A stretch of 42,308 nucleotides of DNA from positions 1 to 42,308 of the forward strand of contig CAXBQP010000026.1 of NCBI GenBank assembly GCA_963978095.1. The letters run 5' to 3'. Positions 36,682 to 42,308 of the stretch are shown here, one piece after another; within the stretch, counting starts at the first letter, position 1, and every line of letters starts with the position of its first letter. The notes under the pieces are model-generated. The model made no database searches. It worked only from the letters and a program-made list of their open reading frames with translations, and was not told where the DNA came from. Position numbers and translations under genes: made by a program. Source of the stretch: an uncultured bacterium (GTDB lineage Bacteria; Gemmatimonadota; Gemmatimonadetes; Gemmatimonadales; Gemmatimonadaceae).

Positions 36682-38130
36682 CTAACCCGCCCGCGCGGCC
36701 GCCTGCAACAGGTCCCACGCCCGCCGGATATGCCGCTCCTCGGTCCCCAAATTCCCCAGGGCGACCCGGATGACGTAGGTAGGACCTAACATCGTGTGGG
36801 ATATGAAGATATCCCCGCTTTCGTTGACCCGGTCGAGGATGCGCGCGTTCCGGGCGTTGGTCGCCTCGACCCCCTCGCCGGGACGCACATGTCGGAAGCA
36901 TATCGTGCTGAACGGGTGGGGGGCGGCGACCTCCCATTCCGGGGCCTCCCGGACCCACCCGGCGAACTGCGACGCCAGCGCGCAGTGATGCCGGATCCGT
37001 GTCGCGATCCCCTCGGCCCCGAACGCGCGCAGCACCATCCACAACTTCAACGACCGGAATCGACGGCCGAGCTGGTAGCCGTAGTCCATGTAGTTGACCA
37101 CCACGTCCTGCTCCGCCGTCTCCAGGTATGCCGCCATCAAACTGAAGGCACGCTTCAGCACCGCCGGCTTCCGCACGAAAAACACCGAACAATCCATCGG
37201 GGTGAAGAGCCATTTGTGCGGGTTCACCACGAACGAGTCCGCGCGGTCGACGCCGTCGAGCAGGTGGCGCAGTTCGGGAACGGCGCCCGCGACGCCGCCG
37301 TACGCCCCGTCCACGTGCAACCAGAGCTGCTCCCGCTGCGCGATGTCGGCGATGGCCGGCACGGGGTCGACGCTGGTCATGCTCGTGGTGCCCACGGTCG
37401 CGACGACCGCGATCGGCTTGAAGCCCTCGGCGCGATCGGCGGCGATCGCGGCCTCGAGCAGTTCCGGACGCATGCGGAACTCCGCATCGGCCTTCACGCG
37501 CACGACGTTCTCGGCGCCGATCCCAAGAGTCATGGCGGCCTTGTCGATGCTGTTGTGCGCCCACTCGGAGCAGTACACGCGCATGCGGGGGATGTCGCGC
37601 CCCGCGAGTCCGAGCCGACGCACCTCGAGCGACGCGTCCGCCTCGCGCGCCGCCGCGAGCGCGTAGAGCGTGCTCGTGCTCGCGAGGTCGTTGACCATGC
37701 CGAACCAACCCGGGGTCAGACCGAGGAGCTGTCGCAACCAATCGGTGACGACCTGTTCGAGTTCGGTGGCAGCCGGGCTCGTGCGCCAGAGCATCCCGTT
37801 CACGTTCAGCGCCGCCATCAGGAACTCGGCCAGGATGCCGGGCGCCGTGGCGCTGTTGGCGAAGTACGCCATGAAACCGGGGTGGTTCCAGTGGGTGAGT
37901 CCCGGCAGGATGGTCCGCTCGAAGTCGGCGAGGATGGTGTCGAGCGATTCGCCCTGTTGCGGTGGAGCGGGAGCGAGAACGTCGCGGGTGGCGCCGGGCA
38001 CCAGCGGCGGCAGCACCGGATAGCGGGCGGGATCCTCGAGGTACCGCGCGATCCAGTCAGCGAGCTTGTGTGCGTGGGCGCGGAACTCTTCGAGCGGGAT
38101 GTCGTGGGTCTCGGCGGACGGCAGTATCAT
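36682..38130 (-). CDS. Group II PLP-dependent (aromatic-L-amino-acid-like) decarboxylase
   Basis: THWNHPGFMAYF, SPAATELE, HNSIDKA, VGTTS, HVDGAYGG, NPHKW, GRRFRSLKLW. Confidence 0.92.
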   Translation of the reverse strand: MILPSAETHDIPLEEFRAHAHKLADWIARYLEDPARYPVLPPLVPGATRDVLAPAPPQQGESLDTILADFERTILPGLTHWNHPGFMAYFANSATAPGILAEFLMAALNVNGMLWRTSPAATELEQVVTDWLRQLLGLTPGWFGMVNDLASTSTLYALAAAREADASLEVRRLGLAGRDIPRMRVYCSEWAHNSIDKAAMTLGIGAENVVRVKADAEFRMRPELLEAAIAADRAEGFKPIAVVATVGTTSMTSVDPVPAIADIAQREQLWLHVDGAYGGVAGAVPELRHLLDGVDRADSFVVNPHKWLFTPMDCSVFFVRKPAVLKRAFSLMAAYLETAEQDVVVNYMDYGYQLGRRFRSLKLWMVLRAFGAEGIATRIRHHCALASQFAGWVREAPEWEVAAPHPFSTICFRHVRPGEGVEATNARNARILDRVNESGDIFISHTMLGPTYVIRVALGNLGTEERHIRRAWDLLQAAARAG

Positions 38131-38211
38131 GGGGAGAAGAATAACGAAACTTCAGCGCCGTCAGGCGCGTATAGAGAGGACGCACTCACCACCCCGAGTC
38201 CCCCTCCACGG

Positions 38212-40674
38212 ATGATTGCCCTGCTTCCGGTCCTGTTCGCATTCCAAGCCACGGTTGGGGTGCGCGTGCGCGCCAACTGCGACTCCGCCTGTCAGGCCCG
38301 TGCCACCGCGCGTGAAGGCGCCCGGGTCCTGCGCGAGGAGACTGGGGGGACGCGTCCGACGCGTGAACCACGACGCGTGCCGGTCACGCCCGCCTTGCTG
38401 GCGTCCGCGTACCATGATGCCGCCGCGAAGTCGCTCGTGCTGCGGGCACGGGCCACGCGACTCGCGCAGGACTCCTTGCTCGCCAGCTATGACGCGACCA
38501 CGTATCAGCGCATCAGTGTGGGGATGGGGATGAAGGCGGTGGCGCGTGACCGTCTCGCGTTGCGCCACGAGGATGCGTCGCGCGTCCGGTGGGAGCGCGG
38601 CAAGGGTGCCGTGGTCGAGCTCAAGGGGGATCGCACCGCGGTGCCGCTGGTGGGTGGGGCCAGCAACGTGACGGGAAATGTCAGCGGGATGTCGCCCGTC
38701 CCCTATTACCCCGGGCGCGAACAGCTCTGGATCGGGGGCGGGTTGGTGCAGTCCGACGTCGACGAACGGGAGTTCGTGCATCCGATCGCGAGCGGCGCGG
38801 AGGCGTACTACACGTACGCCAGCGGCGACTCGGTGGTGATGGGGCTGCCCGACGGCAAGAGTCTCGTCCTGCGGGAGCTCAAGATCGCGGCGCGAAGCCC
38901 CAAGTGGAATCTGAGTGTCGGGTCCTTCTGGTTCGACGAGGAATCGGCGCATCTGGTCCGTGCGGTGTATCGCATCAGCGAGCAGCTGGACGTGTGGGCG
39001 TTCTCGGACGAGGAGACGCAACGGCGGAAAGCGGATTCAGTCGCGCGGGTGCAGGCCGGGGATACGACGGCGCCCGGTGGCCGTGGTGGTCGCGGTGGTC
39101 GCGGCGGGCCTCCGAACGCAGGCGTCTCCTTCCTGGCGAAGGCGATCCTCTCGCCGCTGAAAGTCGACGTGAGTGCGATCACGATGGAATACGGGCTCTA
39201 CGACCAGAAGTTCTGGCTCCCGCGTTCACAGGCGTTCGAGGGCAACGCACAGGCGGGATTCATCCGGATCCCGGTGACGATGGAGCAGAAGTTCAAATAC
39301 GAATCGGTGAACGCCCTCGAGGCGCCACTGCCGATTCTGGCGAGTGGTCCGACGCGGCTGGTGCAGTATCGGGACTCCCTGGTAGCGGCCAAGACCCCGG
39401 CCGCACTCCGCGATTCCCTGATGCGGCTGGCGCGCGCGGCGCGGGTGCAGGAACTCGCTGCGCTCAAGGCCAAGGAATGTGCCACGAGCGACACCTACAC
39501 GCGGCAGGTGCGGCGCTATCAGGGGACGCTCGACGTGACCCAGAAGATCCCCTGCGACAGTACGAAGCTCGCGAACTCGCCGGAGCTGCCCGCGTCCATC
39601 TACGATCCGGGCGAGGACATGTTCGGATCCTCTGATCGCGATGCCTTGGTGAAGGCGTTGGGTCTTGGTTTGCAGTCCGGCTGGGGGCCGCAGAAAATCC
39701 AGCTCGCGTATGGACTCGCGCAAACGCGCTACAATCGCGTCGAAGGATTGGGCACCGGCGTCGTCGCCTCCAGCGTGCTGGGGCAAGGCTACACGGCGTC
39801 GCTCGGGGTTCGGAGCGCCTTCGCGGATCGCCAGCTCAACGCCGAGTTCGGCGTGGCGCGCAGCAACGGGCGCTCGACTATCCGGGGAAACATCTACCGT
39901 CGGCTCGATGCGATGAACGACTGGGGTACCCCGCTCGACTTCGGTGCCTCATTGGGCGGGTTGCTCTACGCCCGCGACGAAGGCGCCTATTATCGCAGCT
40001 GGGGCGCCGAGGTGAAGGGGACCACGCCGCGGTGGGGGCAGCTCGACTGGCGCGTGTTCGGCGAACAGCAGTGGGGCGCCGAGGTGAACTCGCGCTGGAC
40101 GCTGTTCGGGGGCGGCAATGATGTGCGGTTCATCGCGAATCCGACGGCCGCGCGCGTGACGTCGTATGGCGCCTCGGTACGGCTGCACAACTCGATGGGC
40201 CTTGATCCCAAGGATTGGCGATTGCTGAGCGACATCCGGTTGGAGGGTGCGACCGGTGATCAGCGGTATGGCCGCGGGCTCATCGACCTCACCGTCTCGA
40301 AAAGCGTCGGGCGACTCGCGGGCGCGATCACGACGAGTGGGGGGTGGACCATCGGTGACGTCCCGGTGCAGCGGCGCTTCTACCTCGGCGGGTCGCAGAC
40401 CATCCGGGGGCAGAGTGCGCTGACGGCGGCGGGGGATGCGTTCTGGATGACGCGCGCCGAACTCGGGACGAGCACCGCGCTCGCGCGCCCGATCGTCTTC
40501 ATCGATGCCGGCTGGACCGGAGATCGTCGTGCGTGGCATGCACAGGGACGCGCACTCAGTGGCATGGGGGTCGGGGCGAGTTTCCTGGATGGATTGGTGC
40601 GTGTCGACCTGGCCCGCGGGATGTATCCCGCCACGCAGACGCGTCTGGATTTCTACTTGGAGGCGCGCTTCTAG
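38212..40674 (+). CDS. Outer-membrane beta-barrel protein (BamA/TamA-like C-terminus) with a large N-terminal domain
   Basis: True start probably ATG 38212 (the ORF-track start overlaps the decarboxylase); RYNRVEG, FYLGGSQTIRG, F.DAGW, C-terminal DFYLEARF. Confidence 0.75.
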   Translation: MIALLPVLFAFQATVGVRVRANCDSACQARATAREGARVLREETGGTRPTREPRRVPVTPALLASAYHDAAAKSLVLRARATRLAQDSLLASYDATTYQRISVGMGMKAVARDRLALRHEDASRVRWERGKGAVVELKGDRTAVPLVGGASNVTGNVSGMSPVPYYPGREQLWIGGGLVQSDVDEREFVHPIASGAEAYYTYASGDSVVMGLPDGKSLVLRELKIAARSPKWNLSVGSFWFDEESAHLVRAVYRISEQLDVWAFSDEETQRRKADSVARVQAGDTTAPGGRGGRGGRGGPPNAGVSFLAKAILSPLKVDVSAITMEYGLYDQKFWLPRSQAFEGNAQAGFIRIPVTMEQKFKYESVNALEAPLPILASGPTRLVQYRDSLVAAKTPAALRDSLMRLARAARVQELAALKAKECATSDTYTRQVRRYQGTLDVTQKIPCDSTKLANSPELPASIYDPGEDMFGSSDRDALVKALGLGLQSGWGPQKIQLAYGLAQTRYNRVEGLGTGVVASSVLGQGYTASLGVRSAFADRQLNAEFGVARSNGRSTIRGNIYRRLDAMNDWGTPLDFGASLGGLLYARDEGAYYRSWGAEVKGTTPRWGQLDWRVFGEQQWGAEVNSRWTLFGGGNDVRFIANPTAARVTSYGASVRLHNSMGLDPKDWRLLSDIRLEGATGDQRYGRGLIDLTVSKSVGRLAGAITTSGGWTIGDVPVQRRFYLGGSQTIRGQSALTAAGDAFWMTRAELGTSTALARPIVFIDAGWTGDRRAWHAQGRALSGMGVGASFLDGLVRVDLARGMYPATQTRLDFYLEARF

Positions 40675-40822
40675 GCTGCCACCCCCAGCCGTGTCCGCGG
40701 TTGGGCGTCGGTCGCGCCGCGGGCCAAGGACTTGCGCGCGCTCGGCGGTCGGCGTCCATTCCTAGGTCTTCAACTTCGCCCGACCGATTCCCCTCCCTCC
40801 GCACCCTGCGCCCCCGCCATCG

Positions 40823-41968
40823 TTGCTGGTGAACGCCGAGACCCTGCTCTGGCAGGCTCGGCTGCGCCGGGCGCTCGTGGCGCTGCTCGTCGTCGGGATG
40901 CTGGCGCTCAAGTCGCGCGGGGTGTTGTCGTCGGACTCCGTGCTCGCTCGTGATGTCGGCCAAGGCGCCGCGCTACTGGCCGCCGGGGTCCTCGCTGTGC
41001 TGTATCTCGCGTGGATCCAGCTCCAGATGCATTGGCTCGATCGGCATCGGCAATCCAATGTGGATGCGATGGTGGTGGCCAACGTCGTCGCCGATATGCT
41101 GCTGCTGTTCGGGGTGATGTTCTGCACCTCGCCGGCGGATGAGTACCACCGCGCCTTGATCGTGTCGGTGTTCACGGTGCAACTGACACAACTCTCGTTC
41201 GGTGTACGGGCGACGATCTACAACCTCGCCTGCGTGGGGTTGTTCTACACGATCCTGGTGGCGGTCGCGACCTCCGCCGATGCCATCGTGTCACCCGCGG
41301 AAGTCATCTGGGATTTTGCCCTGTATTTGATCGGTTCGCTGATCTTCGTCTCGTTGCACTGGACCATGACGCGGCGGCTCGAGCGGATCGTGCACGTCTT
41401 CGACCGGGCGCAGGACGGGGATTTCTCGCACGAATACGACGTCGCGCTCGATCGCATGCCGGATGCCATCACGATGGTGGGGCGCGCGTACAATCGCATG
41501 CGCGGAAAACTCGAGGCGGTGGTGCTGACGGATTCCCTCTCCGGCTGCTACAATCGCCGCGGCTTCGACCAGATGGTCGCGCGTGAGCTCGCGCGTGCGG
41601 TTCGTGGCGGCCATGTGACGGCCATCCTCGCCCTCGACATCGACCATTTCAAGAAGGTGAATGACGACTTCGGCCACCTGACCGGAGACGAAGTGCTGCG
41701 CGAGATCGGTGAACTGTTGCGCGAGACCGCCCGACTCGGCGACGTTGTGGCGCGCATCGGTGGCGAGGAGTTCTCGATCCTCGCACCCGACACGACCCGG
41801 GAAGGGGCGCTGATCCTGGCCGAGCGCATTCATCAGGCGTTCCGGCATCGCACGTTCCGCAGCCTGAATGGGGTGCGCCCCATCACGATCAGCATCGGCA
41901 TCGCGGCGGACGAGGCCCGCTCTGACGAAGTGCTGGCCACGTTGCGCGCCCGCGCCGACGAAGCGCTC
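40823..41968 (+). CDS. Membrane diguanylate cyclase (GGEEF), C-terminus apparently truncated
   Basis: About 6 TMs, HAMP-like linker, TDSLSGCYNRRG, DIDHFKKVNDDFGHLTGD, RLGD I-site, GGEEF. Homology stops at RADEAL; the ORF continues in unrelated sequence to 42184. Confidence 0.8.
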
Positions 41969-42100
41969 GATCCACTGCAGCATCGCGTCCACCAGGGACC
42001 AGCTGTCGAGCGTGGCGCGCACGGCGTCGACCGCATCGGTCCAGAAGAACCAGCCCAGGCCCAGCGCCAGCACGCTCGACAGCAGCAGCGGCAGCAGGGC
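41966..42100 (-). pseudogene. Fragment resembling the N-terminal part of an EI24/CysZ-like membrane protein
   Basis: ALLPLLLSSVLALGLGWFFWTDAVDAVRATLDSWSLVDAMLQWIE. No credible start; upstream RMIV is in another frame. Family call from recollection only. Confidence 0.45.
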
Positions 42101-42308
42101 ACGATCATGCGGCTTGACGCCCGTCGTCGCGCCCGCACGCTTGCACGAACGAAGCGAATCCAAATTCCCGGTTGGGTGGGCTGAGCAGGCACCCCCAACC
42201 TCCAGTAGTCACAGTAAAACTAGACAGATAACGTCAATAGCCACAAGAAGAGGAGCGGAAGAGGGCACCAGAGTGGAACGAGGCGAGGGCTTGTCAAGGT
42301 CGCCACAG

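Noticed and set aside
36796..38211. N-terminal ~470 aa of the 1292-aa ORF, which looks like a giant fusion
   Set aside because: Antisense to the group II decarboxylase; the real protein most likely starts at ATG 38212.

Overview
High-GC (roughly two-thirds G+C by eye) bacterial chromosomal segment. Gene content and style suggest Gemmatimonadota (inference). About 26 genuine CDSs. Left half: secreted/periplasmic enzymes (two VPS10/BNR-repeat beta-propeller proteins, an S9 peptidase, a GH20 hexosaminidase, two divergent paralogous metallophosphoesterases, one fused to YbhB/PEBP and YHYH domains), plus a TMTC-like glycosyltransferase, a Tet-type MFS pump with a GNAT, and a rhomboid. The best candidate for an uncharacterised system is a tightly coupled minus-strand operon at 27786->21110: stand-alone PqqD/RRE, ATP-grasp ligase, DAP-decarboxylase-like PLP enzyme, urea-transporter/M23-peptidase fusion, TPR/beta-barrel protein and secreted TPR protein. 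No precursor peptide gene is visible, but the decarboxylase begins with a lasso-leader-like YxxPxI motif. Next comes an RND efflux operon whose first ORF is an in-frame TetR-signal peptide-TolC fusion, behind a sigma70-like promoter overlapped by two palindromes. The right end has a GNAT, a Spy/CpxP-like lipoprotein, a group II decarboxylase, an outer-membrane protein and a GGDEF gene that breaks at ~41968 into an inverted foreign fragment (probably a chimeric contig end). No rRNA, tRNA, CRISPR array or transposase was recognised. All family calls come from motif reading, not database searches.
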